The notes under the pieces were generated by a model. The model saw nothing but the letters and a program-made list of their open reading frames with translations, was not told the origin of the DNA and ran no database searches. The position numbers were made by a program, and so were the translations under genes. Below, piece by piece: positions 51,231-62,710 of a DNA stretch of 64,000 bases. Numbering within the stretch: the stretch's first letter is position 1; every line of letters starts with the position of its first letter. The stretch comes from Gracilinanus agilis (lineage: Eukaryota), in NCBI RefSeq assembly GCF_016433145.1, contig NC_058131.1:700224319-700288318 (forward strand), written 5' to 3'.

Positions 51231-52640
51231 TCATCTAGTGAACAGCACCACCAGCTCATAGTGCTGGGTATGTGGAAACATGTCTACAGGCACAGCTTGT
51301 CTCAGGACAAAAGGCTCGCCCAGGAGGTCCTTGCCAGGGTCTGGGGGGCAGCACAACTCAAGGAAGTTTCTTTTGGCCTTTCCCTCTGGGTAGCAGGAAA
51401 CAAACAGCAGCGTCCTAATGGCTGTGCAATTTCTAATGGCCCGAACCACCTGACAGTTCAATCCAGTCCGGGATGGATCCACCATAACCACTAGGGACTG
51501 ACCAGCCTCCTGCGACTTTAAAAGCTGGGGCACTACATTCTCCACATGGTCAGCATGGAATTCCCAGTTGGTGATTCCATTGAAAGCTGCAGTCCATTTG
51601 GCATCCTCTACAGCCTGACCCGCTAGCCCGGTGCTTAGGACCTGGGATGTGTGCGGAGCCAGGGAGAGGCTGGTGGCTCCAGTTCCTTGGCTAAGGTCAA
51701 GGAGGAGGGTATTGGGGTCCATCCCGCTTAGTTCTCCCACCACCCGGTAAAGAACCTCCACAGCAGCTGAATTAATTTGGAAAAAGGCTCCTGGTGAGAT
51801 GCGGAATTTAAAGCCTGGCAAGTCTTCAAAAAGGTGAGAGTCCCCTGCGAGGAGCTGGTAGCAAGGCTGCTGCTGGTCGCCTGCCCTTTCTTGGAAGTAG
51901 AGGGAGGCCAATTCACAGACAGCCCCGGGCCCTCGGGTGAAGAATTCCTGGAGTTCCTCCTTCGGCTCACGCAGCTCCTCCGGACTCAGCCCCTGCGGTT
52001 CGAAGGAGACGATGGCCATCGTGTGGCCCCGGCTGGTGCTCCTGACCGTGAGCTCGTGCCAGTGTCCGCTGGCATCCGAGTCCAAGTAGGGGTCGAGAGG
52101 GGTCTGTTCAAGAAAAGCCTGGTAGCAGCGGGCCACGCGTTGATGCGCGTCCGGGATGTGCTTCAAGTGCCCGGGCCCCACGCATACCGGGTGCTGCTCG
52201 CGGCCGGAGCCTAGCACGTAGCCCACTGTCCGGGGCCGGCCGTCAGGGCCCTGTCGGACGGCGAAATTACACTTGTTCCGATAGCCGTGGAGGACGGGAG
52301 ACGGCCGGAAGGGCTGCAGGCGTGAGCAAAGCGCGCCGGCCTCACCATCTGGGCTCCCGAGCAGACGCAAGCGACCCTCGAGCCACTGCAGGAGCCCGCG
52401 CAGCGCGTCCGTCTTCACCCGGAGCTGCTGCTCGTAATCCAGCCGCCACAACGGTGTCACCAGGTCCGCTAGCCGCTCGGGCCATGAGCCGGGCTCCGGA
52501 CTCCACTCTTCTGCCGCCGGTGCCGCCGCAGCCTTTTCCGGGCACGCGGAGCCCAGCCAGGCCCGCGGGGTACCCCAGGGGGGAGGCCCTCTGCGGGACA
52601 GCAGCGCCACTCCGGGAAGGCAGGAGCCGAGGCGCCTCAT
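51231..52640 (-). CDS. TRMT2B: Intronless TRMT2B-like tRNA/rRNA (uracil-5)-methyltransferase homolog, 469 aa, probable retrogene
   Basis: One uninterrupted ORF colinear with recalled TRMT2B (ERLADLVTPLWRL, GYRNK, AFFQIN, FVSC, VDMFPHTQHYELVVLFTR). The ORF-track start at 52802 is TTG; the first ATG (gccggggccATGA) is at 52640. Confidence 0.9.
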   Translation of the reverse strand: MRRLGSCLPGVALLSRRGPPPWGTPRAWLGSACPEKAAAAPAAEEWSPEPGSWPERLADLVTPLWRLDYEQQLRVKTDALRGLLQWLEGRLRLLGSPDGEAGALCSRLQPFRPSPVLHGYRNKCNFAVRQGPDGRPRTVGYVLGSGREQHPVCVGPGHLKHIPDAHQRVARCYQAFLEQTPLDPYLDSDASGHWHELTVRSTSRGHTMAIVSFEPQGLSPEELREPKEELQEFFTRGPGAVCELASLYFQERAGDQQQPCYQLLAGDSHLFEDLPGFKFRISPGAFFQINSAAVEVLYRVVGELSGMDPNTLLLDLSQGTGATSLSLAPHTSQVLSTGLAGQAVEDAKWTAAFNGITNWEFHADHVENVVPQLLKSQEAGQSLVVMVDPSRTGLNCQVVRAIRNCTAIRTLLFVSCYPEGKAKRNFLELCCPPDPGKDLLGEPFVLRQAVPVDMFPHTQHYELVVLFTR

Positions 52641-52649
52641 GGCCCCGGC

Positions 52650-52910
52650 ACAACACGTGGTTAGGAGTGAGAACCCAAGCCCGGGCCGGGAAAAGCCCCG
52701 GGATGACCGGCGCAAAATTGTCTCTTCCTCGCTTCTCCGCCCACAAGTCCCTGCGCTCTTTCCACCAATCAGAACCTCTTTCACACGTTCTATACCAATC
52801 AAAGGTCAGCTCCTGGCAGCAGCGCCCTCTGGGAAATCAAGGTCTTACTCTCCTCCAATCAACGCTAGCCTTTGGACCCTTCCTTTCACGGGAAATGTAG
52901 TCTTCTTCCC
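52650..52910. promoter_or_regulatory. Promoter-like motif cluster upstream of the TRMT2B-like ORF: CACGTG (52654-52659), three CCAATC boxes (52765, 52795, 52855), ACTACAnnTCCC on - strand (52890-52901)
   Basis: Motifs read directly; adjoins a CpG-rich stretch ~52000-52750. Confidence 0.65.
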
Positions 52911-53657
52911 TTCTGGCTACCTTGAGTAGCCACGGCTTCCCCTGTCTCCTTCCCGCTTAGCAAAAAAAGAGAAAGGGCCCAGACCCGAGTAATGGGAAGG
53001 GAAGACTTTTGTTGTCCGTAGAGAGAATTGTCAGGGAAGCCTATCAGAATATTAGTACTGGTTTGTTACTTCGCACCCACAAAGCACAGTCCTTTGCACA
53101 TAGAAGGCACTTAATTAATGTTTCATTCACGCATTCCTTCTTTAAGGCTTGTTCAGGAAATTCTCAGCTTTGGTCTCAGCTAACTGTGCAAAGAGAACCT
53201 CCAGGACCGTGACGTGGCAGGAAAATAAGAATCAAACAAGCAGCGACCTTCAAAACCAAGTCACTAGTCAGGAGAAAGTCCAAGCCCCGCCTCCCCACCC
53301 CGCAGGGGAGCGATGTCCTCCAGAAAACGGCCATAGGGTAAGGCCGCCCATCAACCGCCCCCTCTGACCTCGGAGGTTACACGGTCTTAGCTACCTCATT
53401 AACTCGCTGGTTAACCAGGTAGCTCAAACTTCAGGTGGTCGGTACTTGGAGGAAAACTGTAATGCAATGAAGCAAGACTGCCCGATTTGAAAAGAAAGTC
53501 AGTTTCGAAATTAAAAAGAAAACTTTCCCAGATGGTTAAAGTAAGCGACTATTTATTACCCTTCCATTGATGGGGCAAAGGTCCCTTTGTTGCAATGAGT
53601 GACTCATTAACATTTTGATTATATAACCCAGCGACTTAAAATCGCCTCATTCTGCAG

Positions 53658-53777
53658 TTTGGAGAGATTTTAGGAAACCTTATGCTAAGGAAGATGCAGC
53701 TCCCTGTTTTTGTAGTGGATGCTTTTACAGCGGAGTCATTCCGGGGGAACCCTGCCGCAGTTTGTCTCCTAGAAAAT
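53658..53777 (+). CDS. PBLD: PBLD first coding exon; CDS 53694-53777 (MQLPVFVVDAFTAESFRGNPAAVCLLEN), PhzF-like epimerase family
   Basis: tctgcag acceptor at 53657, ATG at 53694, AAT|gtaagt donor; DAFT and GNPAAV PhzF-family motifs. The next exon was not found before 64000. Confidence 0.88.
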
Positions 53778-53984
53778 GTAAGTTATATTTTAAATATTTT
53801 TATGGAACATTTTTTCCCACCACATCTCTAAAAATATTCCCGCCTGTCTCTTGCCTGTTTTTGTGCTCATGTGCGAATTTTTAGTGTCTGAATGCTGGTT
53901 TTGTTTATAAAAAATGCTCAGAGCTGGGTTAGGTCCAAGGACAATGACAAGAACAAGTGTATGTGAAGGAGAACTATAACTGTG

Positions 53985-54046
53985 CCCATCAGATGGGGAA
54001 TGGCTGAACAAATTGTGACCTCTGAACATAATGGAACATTCCTGCA

Positions 54047-54103
<57 letters not shown>

Positions 54104-54200
54104 AATATGAAGAATTCTGAGAAACTTGGGAAGACTTGTATGAACTGATGTAAAGTGAAAATGAGAAGAAATAGAAAAACAATTGGCGCAATGAAGATGA
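53985..54200 (+). mobile_element. L1 3' fragment containing a (CA)n microsatellite (~54046-54094)
   Basis: gatggggaatggctgaacaaattgtg L1 ORF2-end motif; AC repeat read directly. Confidence 0.75.
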
Positions 54201-55854
54201 AACTATAAAAGGATAACTTTGACAAACCTCAGGGTTCTGAATCAGGACTGTATAACACTAGAACTGTAAGTAACTTCAGAAACCAACCTCCTTATTTTCC
54301 AGATGAAGAAACCCATGCCCAGGGAGATTAAAACACTTGCCCAAAGTCACACAGATAAGAAATGAGAGGTGAAATTTGAATATAGTTTCTTCAACTCCTA
54401 AATCTATGTTTTCTCCCTCCACTGGACCACACAGATTCCTTTCAGAGGTCTAATGATGAAGCCTGCCTCCTGACCGTTAGAGACTGAGAGAACTGGAATG
54501 AACTAGAGAAGTGAATGATGACAATTTTTCAGAAGTGACCTATGTGTTGATTTGCTTTGCTTGACTACCTTGGATAAAGTACTGGGCTTGGAATCAGGAA
54601 GACCTGAGTTCAAATCTAGCCCCAGGCATTTATTTGCTATGTCTCCTGAAGCAAGTTTGTCAAGCCCTAGGGATACAAGTACAAAAACAGATACAATTCC
54701 TACTACTTAGGCAGTTTATATTCCAAGAGGGGTAGGATTGGTGGCCAGAGACGGAATTGATTTGTTCCCGGAATTCCTAGGGTTAGTGAGTGGAGCCACA
54801 AGGAAATTGTTAATGCAACCCCAGGCCCAGGGACCTTTATCCTCTCAAGTAAAGCTTTTGGATACCGAGAGACCAATTGCGCAATGGAATCCTGGATCCT
54901 GTTCTCATCTTAATAGCTCACTTATTATTCAGCCTTGGTGGGGTCATTCTGCTTCATCAAATGTTGGTAACGGTTTTTGTCAAGCTCTAGGGAGTCTGAT
55001 ATCAGATAAAGAAAGCTAGACTAAAGGAGTCAAGAAACCTACATACATATCCCTGTTCTGGCACTAACAGTAAGTTGCTCCACCATTTTGATTCTGAGTT
55101 TCCTCATGTGTTACATAAAGGCGAGGGGTGATAACATGTTAGATTAGATGACCTCTAAAGTCTCTTCCAGATCTCAGATTTTATGATGCTATAAATAACT
55201 AATAATTAGAAGATAGGAAGGTAATAATAGGTTATAGAAAGTAAACTTTCTTTTTAATAAGGAAATTCCCTAGGATGATTGTACAACAGTTAATATTTTA
55301 TATTAACTTTAAGCTTTGCAAAGCATTTACAAATACATTAATCCTCACAATAACCCTAGGAGGTAGGTGCTATTATCTTCATTTTACAGTTGAGGAAAAC
55401 TGAGGCAGACAATGGTTCAGTGACTTGCTCAATGTCATACTTCTAGAAGTGTTTCAGGCCAGATTTTAACTTGGGTTTTCCTGACTCTAGGTCCATCACT
55501 CTAGCCATTACACCACCTAGAAAAGGGCTTTGATACAATAGAGAATATGGTACTTATAATTTCCCAAAGAATTTCTGAACAAATCGGGCTGACTAAAAGT
55601 GGATGGGGGAAAGAAAGGTAGTCATGATTTCCTATTTACTTTATGAGGACATTCAAAAGATGGTGGAAAGGCCAGTTATCAATAACAAAGGGTCAATGAC
55701 TCTGAGTTCAGGTAGAGATAACCCCAGCCTAGATGATCTCTTAAAATCTCCGAAAACCTAAAGATTCTGTGAGTTATGAAATGACAGGATTCCCTCAATT
55801 AGGGTACCTCTCCCATCTTGTTCAAGGGCCTTAATTTAGATTCCCAGCCTCCAC

Positions 55855-56095
55855 ATGGGGCAACTAGATGATACAGTGGATAGAGTACCAGGTGTAGAGT
55901 CAGGAAGACCTGAGTTCAAATCAGACTTCAGACACTTAGTAGTTGTGTGATCCTGGGCAAGTCACTTAACCTTGTTTGCCTTAGTTTTTTCTGTAAAATG
56001 AGCTGAAGAAGGAAGTAGTAAATCACTCCAGTATATATGCCAAGAAAACCCCAAATGGGGTCACAGAGAGTCGGACATGACTGAATAACATCAGA
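55855..56095 (+). mobile_element. MAR1-type CORE-SINE
   Basis: tRNA-like head, core, and aagaaaaccccaaatggggtcac...gtcggacatgactgaa tail. Confidence 0.8.
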
Positions 56096-56329
56096 AATTT
56101 GCACATGGGTCAAATAAGCCTTTGGTCTGGAATATAATCGAACACCTTTGTAGATGGTTTCAAATAAGCTATGGCCACAAGAATTTCCTAATCCTATTCC
56201 TATTCCTGTTATCTCTAGTCCCTATCACCAGACCAAAGGACTTGACTGGTTCAAGTTCATGCTTCTCCTCCCCCGCCCCCCAAATTTTTTTTCAAAAAAG
56301 CTAGCCAAAAAAAAATTTTAAAGTGAAAC

Positions 56330-58872
56330 TTAAGTCATTAACATCCTTAAAAATAATAATAAACTAAATTTCTAACTAACGTTTATTTAATCTTCTTTCC
56401 ACCCCTGCCACTACTGAAAAAGAAAGAAGGAAAAACAAAAACCCTTCTAAGAAATATATAAAACTAAAGAAGACAGTTTTCCACATTGGCCACATCCAAA
56501 AATATAATATCCTATTTTGTATATTAAGTTTATTAACTCTCTGTTGGGAAGTGAGTAGCATTTCTCATGGTTGATACTCTGTAATCAAGGTTGGCCATTG
56601 CATTAATTAGAGATCTTAAGTCTTTCAAAGCGGTTTGCTATATGATGGTGATGGTGTATAAATTGTTCTCCTGGTCCTCTGTTCATACAAGTCTTCCCAG
56701 ATTTCTCTGGGGCTGTCCCTTTTGTGATTTCTTAAGGCACAATTATATTCTGTTACATTCATATACCTTACTGGATGGGCACCCTTTAGTTTTCAGTTCT
56801 TTGCCACTAGGAAAAGAGGGGCTACAAATACTTTTGTATTGATGGGCCCATTTGCCCTTTCTTTGATCTCTTTGCCATACAGGCTTAATAAACTTATACC
56901 AATGGGACACAGTTTAGTAGCTTTTGAGACCCTGTTCCTAGTTGTTTTTCAGAATGGGTGGAGCTATGAGTTGGTTAGCCACATTAACATGCCTGCTTTT
57001 CCACAGCACATCCAACATTTGTCATTTTCCTTTATGAACAGGAAAACTGTAGAAGTGGAACCTTAGAGTTTCTCAAATTTGCATTTCTCTCATTAATAGG
57101 GATTTACATATTTTTCCCCTATGGCTGTTGATAGCTTGGATTTCTTCTCTTGTCAACTGTCTGCTCATACCTTTTGCCCATTTAACAGCTGAAGAGTGGA
57201 ACTTCTTCTTATACTTTTGAAACGGTTCCTTGGGAGAATGTGGTATATTTCAAAGCAGTGTTCCAAAAGGGAAGGGTGTAGAAGCGGCAGTATGAATAAA
57301 AGAAAGTGCCGCCCTCAAGCCAACACCCATCTCCTCATGCCCACCCCTAAAAAGGGTTAAACAGTTGGAGCTGTAGGGAGTTGACCTCTTTCCCTTGGTG
57401 ACCCTTACCCTCTCCAAGAACCTGCATTGTTTGACCCTGGAGTTGAGGTTTCCTCTCTCCCCACCCTCCAGCTACACTCCTACCAACAGAAAGCACTTGA
57501 GGTTGCAAGAGAGACAAGCAGCCTCTTCCAGTAGAAGCCCCATCTCTCTCTCTGGGCCTGTGCATTCCTCTGGATTTAGGAGCATTCCCTAGGTTTAAGG
57601 CCTCTCTACAAGGGGAAGGCACTTACTGGACTCTTACTGGAGTTCACAAAACTCACTCTGCCCATGAAAGGAGAAGCCCAGAGTTACTGTTCATTGCTGT
57701 GGCTCAGTCAGGGCTGCTTTTTGACTCCACGAAGGTCTCCACCACAGCCCCGCCCACTGGTCACCTTGGCACAGTCACCTCCTCTCTGCCTTTGGGACAA
57801 GAAAGCACTAAAGGGGGACGCTGAGTACTCATACCATCAGATTCAGGCTTTGTGAAGGAGTAAAGTTCTCAGATTTTTTTTATGTGCCAGATAGCAAAGA
57901 AATCACCCTATTTGAAATTCAGCCAGTAGAAGAGTGAAAAAGACACAATCCAAGTTGATCTTTTGTTTTGATGCCCCCCTAGGTTTCTTCCTATATCATT
58001 TTCCCTTCTTCCTCGCAGAGAACCATCCTTCATAACAAAGAATATCTTTAAAAAATAAAAAGAGAAAAAATACAACAAAACCAATCCATCCACACCACCT
58101 CCCTCCACAAAAACCCCAACCAACCCCGACATTCTATGCAGTGTGCCACATTTAAGGACCCATTTCTCTATAAAGGATCCAGGGGGAGGGATCTTCTCAT
58201 CTCCCTTTTTCTGGGACCAAACATTCCTTAAAATCCAATTTCACAGTGTTTAGTTTCAATTATTTTGTGGTTATTTCCATTGTTGTTGATGCTGTGTGGA
58301 TATTGTTTACTTGGCTCTGCTGACTTTACTTTTCATCATTTCATCTGAGTCTCTCCATGTCTCTTGGTATTCATTACACTCAGCAGGTCCATTTTTTTTT
58401 TAACTCTTAGAATCAATACTATATATTGGCTCCAAGGCAGAAGAGTGGTAAAGGCTAGGGAATGGGGGTGAAATGACTTGCCCAGGGTCACATAGCTAGG
58501 AAGTGTCTGAGACCGGATTGGAACTCAACCTCTGGTTTCCAGGCCTGGCTCTCAGTCCACTCATTCATCATTTCTTAATGCATAGTAATATTCTTTCACC
58601 TTCATGGACCTTCACGAACCACAAATGTTTAGCCACGCCTCCATCCATAGTTTCTTTCTTTCTTTCTTTTTTTTTTTTTTAAACCCTTACCTTCTATTTT
58701 GGAGTCAATACTGTGTATTGGCTTATAGGTGGAAGAGTGGTAACAGTAGGCAATGGGGGGTCAAGTGACTTGCCCAGGGTCACACAGCTGGGAAGTGTCT
58801 GAGGCCACATTTGAACCCAGGACCTCCTGTCTCTAGGCCTGGCTCTCAATCCACTGAGCTACCCAGCTGCCC
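56330..58872 (-). mobile_element. Old L1 3' fragments with nested reverse SINEs (~58390-58560, ~58660-58872)
   Basis: L1 3' UTR/ORF2 antisense motifs and SINE cores; internal boundaries approximate. Confidence 0.6.
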
Positions 58873-59214
58873 TGAATTTTATTTTTATTTTGTCTAGTTC
58901 TATAAAGTAATCCTTTGGTAGTTGGACTATTCTAGCACAAAATAGGTAGTATTTTTATTTTATATTATCATGGCCCAACTCTGAGTGATTCATCTTTCTT
59001 CTGTTATTTGTTTTCCATGATTTCTGTAGAGAATGAATGACTCAAAAAGCATTTGGTAAGCATTTTTTATGGGCAAAGCATAGTGCTAAGAGCAAGAAAC
59101 GTAAATAGAAAAGTAGAAACAATGGCTACTCTAAAGGAACTCATTTTCTAGTGAAGGAGATAATAGAAAAAGGAGGTTCCCCTGCAAATGACATGGATAC
59201 TTAGGTGATAGCAG

Positions 59215-59945
59215 CAACATATCTTCTTTAATGTTGTGTCACTGAGAAGCCATACTGGTTTCTCATGGCAGACCTTTCACAGTGCCAAGCACTTTGGGAT
59301 GGAGAAAATCCCTTTGTAGGGCTTCCGTAGCTCTGATGGCTGAGCAGATCCAGGCGGCAGCTCCTACACAAGTATTTGCCAGGAAGCATCTCCACAAAGA
59401 GTATTTTTTGGGATGATGGCTGTGAAACTCGATAGTTCGAGGACCATTGCGGTTCCTGGGATTCTTGGGCTCGCCTGCACGTTCACAGCAATTGATTGGG
59501 GGCAGCTGCGAAGCTCAGTGGATGGAGAGTCAGGCCTAGAGATGGGAGGTCCTGGGTTCAAATCCAGCCTCAGACACTTCTCAGCTGTGTGACCCTGGAC
59601 AAGTCACTTGACCCCCATTGCCCACCCTTACCAATCTTCCACCTATGAGACAATACACACTATTGACTCCAAGATGGAAGATGAGGGTTAAAAAAAAATA
59701 GCAATTGATCAGTGGCTGGTGTCAGTGGTGGGGAGGAAGGTGGGTCCCTTCTCCGTGTTCTCAATGATGGCTGCGAGGTCAGGCTGGAAGCGGTTCTGAT
59801 GTTTAGGACGCACAGCGATTGCTTTAGATCCAGAATCTTGAGCTGTCTTGGATTTGGCTTTTTCGTTTGGGTTCTAGTGATAAGTAGGGAAGTAGACCCT
59901 CAGATGTCCTGTTCACGGAGAGTCATTTCTTTTTCCATCCTTTGC
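59215..59945 (-). mobile_element. Degenerate RTE-clade LINE 3' end, split by a SINE (59497-59699, 10-bp TSD agcaattgat)
   Basis: Minus strand reads KPNPRQLKILDLKQSLCVLNI and YLCRSCRLDLLSHQ, resembling the RTE ORF C-terminus; TSD at 59487-59496 and 59700-59709. Confidence 0.55.
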
Positions 59946-60716
59946 TTTTAGGTTTTCTTAGTAAGAACAGAAGCCCTTTTCCGAGCACCCACGCTCCTGC
60001 TCATGTTCTTGGGCCGCCCGAACATGGGCAGAGAACCTTGTCCCTGTTTCTTTTTCTTGATCATTTCTCCATCTGTCCTCTCTTCCACATTTGCTGGGGG
60101 AGAGGCTGTGCCCGAGCGGGACTCCTTTGGGTCTGATCCCCAACTTAAGCCGGAGTCTCCAGCGGAGCAAACCCATCCGTGCCTGTAGGCTCGCCTGCCG
60201 TCTCTGTGCCGAGGATTCCCCAATCTGGAGAGCCGGCCGGCCTCTCCCCCTTGTCTGCCTGCCTCCACCTGCTGCCCCAGAGAGGTACCAGACTGGACCT
60301 GCATTCCCCCGCCTGCTCCTCCCCTCCTGTTTCTGCAGGGGCACCAGCGCTCGGCGCCTCTCTCACCCTTTGCCTCCTCCTGCATCACCATCCCTGGCCA
60401 GGACTCGGGGGAGCCTCTCGCCAGCATCTCTCTTCTCTGCCCTCATCGCCGCCTCCCCTCGGGCCTCAACTCCGGCAGCCGTCTGTCTCCCTACATCTGA
60501 CTGTGTCGAAAGAACTCGCCCTCTTAGCGTGCCATTTCCCTGATCCAGAAGCTTCGCTGGCTCCCTTGTGCCTCTCAGCAAACACCTGCCACTTCTCTAC
60601 AGGCCGTTAAAGCCCTTCACTTAACCTAGTCGTCCCCTCCCTGCTCGGCTCTAGTCAGACCTGTTGTTCCCCCAGGATGCCATTCTGCGCCTCCCATCCC
60701 CGGACCCTCTCCCAGC

Positions 60717-61009
60717 TGTTATAATTATGGGAGGTCTCTTGTATCTATTTGAGGTAGTTGAAATGATGTACAGAGAGGAATAAGATGGCCTTTTAACCCT
60801 CTCACTCTCCGTCTGGCCTCCGCAGGCCTGGACTAGCCTCTCCCTTTCCCTTTATTCCCATACCTTTACCTTCCTAATTGTAAATAAACTGACTTGGGTC
60901 TGATTTAATTACGGAATCAACCTGAATTGTTGATTCCTGGCGGCCACACATTTTAATATATATCTATAAAATACCTAAAATCTCCCTCTTACAACTTCTC
61001 CTTATAACA
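60717..61009 (+). mobile_element. LTR related to 4985-5595
   Basis: Identical 60-nt core at 60889-60948, AATAAA, ends in ttaca (60993) or ttataaca (61009, inverse of tgttataa at 60717); no TSD found. Confidence 0.65.
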
Positions 61010-62204
61010 GTTGCCCAGGCAGGATCCTTCAGGTCAAAAGAGGTTTATCCTTTAGGACCCACCTGGGGTTAATTGATATATCGATTTGGGCTCTTCAGCT
61101 GGGATAACGATGATATTCTGACTGTGTTGTCTTCCTTCCCAAGCAAGCTTTGAAACTGATTTAGGAGGTACTTTAAACTTTATATATTAATGAGAAGGAT
61201 AAGGGTAAAGGACTGAGGTAATGGGAAACCCTATTAAACTTATTACTAATGAAACTCTCAACGTTGGCAAATGAAGAACAATGTTAGCTTCCCTCTGGTT
61301 CAGTCTGGCCAGGGCTAAACCAGAGCAGGTAAACTGCTGGGAAATCTTCAGCTTCTTCTCTAGATCTTAGCCTTAACAGTTGAGTTATGTCCACCCTCTT
61401 CTTCGTCTCCTGCCCACTTCCCGGATCCTTCCCGGGCCCTGGAAAGCCTAGATAACTAGATGATGAAGCTCCTAATATCTAGGGGCAGCAGACACCGAGG
61501 TGGTGGTCAGGTACAGGTTGGAACGGTATCTCCAGTACAGGAAGAGCTTGCAGAGAGATGTTTGCACCTCTCACTCCAAGACCAGGATTCACCGATCTCC
61601 AGCCTCAGCACAAGTCCAAGACCCAGAACTTCTGCTCAGGGTTCTCAACTGCCCCCTCCTGCCTCTCGCATGCCTCCCTGGGAACATTCTATCCAACGGA
61701 CTTATTTGTCAATCAAAGGTGAACTTCAAGCTCCCAGAGATTCAATATAACACAGCTCGCCTCTGATTCTTGGAATCTTCAGCTCCATTCAAAGCTCAAA
61801 TAAAAAAGAATCTCATAAAGAAGCCTTTTGGGATTCTCCCTCCCCATCCAGAAGTGTTTATTGACTTCTCGGGACCCCTCTTTTTTCTGGTTCATTTTAT
61901 TCTTGTATAGGCAATACCAACACTATGCATTTCATAAAAGCATGCTGAGGCCGAAACACTCCCATTAGACTAAACTTCTTGCCAACAGCAAGGTATTTGC
62001 CGCGTTGAGAGCATAGTAGGTGTTTGTTGAATGAATGAATGACCTTTGGAAGAAAAATTGGAGGAAGGTTTTCAGAACGTTAAAAAGAAAACTCTGACTA
62101 AAGCTCTGGCATGAGGCAAACAGCTTAGGGAAGGATGAAGTAGAAATGATCATTTTAGCCATTAAAATTGGGATGAACCCCGTCCTTCAAGACTTGCTTA
62201 ATAA

Positions 62205-62710
62205 GTAATTATTGTGGTGTTGTCCATTCACGACCATATTCTCTGTGGGGTTTTCTCGGCAAGGACGCTGGAGTGCTTTGCATTCTCTTCTCCAGTGAAG
62301 AAGCGAGTGCCTCACTTAAGTCCAGTTCATGACATCATTTTGGTCCTCTTCAAAAATGAACGATGAGCAAGACAAACAGAGGTTAAGTGACTTGCCCAGG
62401 GTCACATGGCCAGTAAATGTCTGAGTTCAAATTTGAACTCAGGTCTTACTAATTCCAGGTCTACCAATCTATCCACTGAGCCATCTAGCAGTTTCATCTC
62501 CCTAGCTGCCCCTAACAAATCTTTTTTCAAAAATAAACCCCTTATCTTAGATGCAATATTGTATATTGGTTCCAAGGCAGAAAAGATAAGGGCTGGGCAG
62601 TGGGGGTTAGGTGACTCAGGGTCACACGGCTAAGAAATGTCTAAGGCCAGATTTGAACCCAGGACCTCCTGTCTCTAAGCTTGGCTCTCCATTTACTGAG
62701 CTACCCCCCA
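62205..62710 (-). mobile_element. Tandem reverse MAR1/SINE1-type SINEs
   Basis: SINE core motifs ggttaagtgacttgcccagggtcac and gatttgaacccaggacctcc. Confidence 0.7.

Noticed and set aside
52641-52802. N-terminal 54-codon extension of the 523-aa ORF in the track
   Set aside because: It starts at TTG, runs through the CCAAT promoter motifs and has no TRMT2B similarity; ATG 52640 fits better.
57240-57870. Possible LTR-like segment with AATAAA
   Set aside because: No convincing TG...CA ends or TSD; family not recognisable.
59948-60610. GC-rich block with several ORFs up to 159 aa
   Set aside because: No recognisable protein; lies between an RTE fragment and an LTR and is probably repeat-derived. 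I could not assign it.
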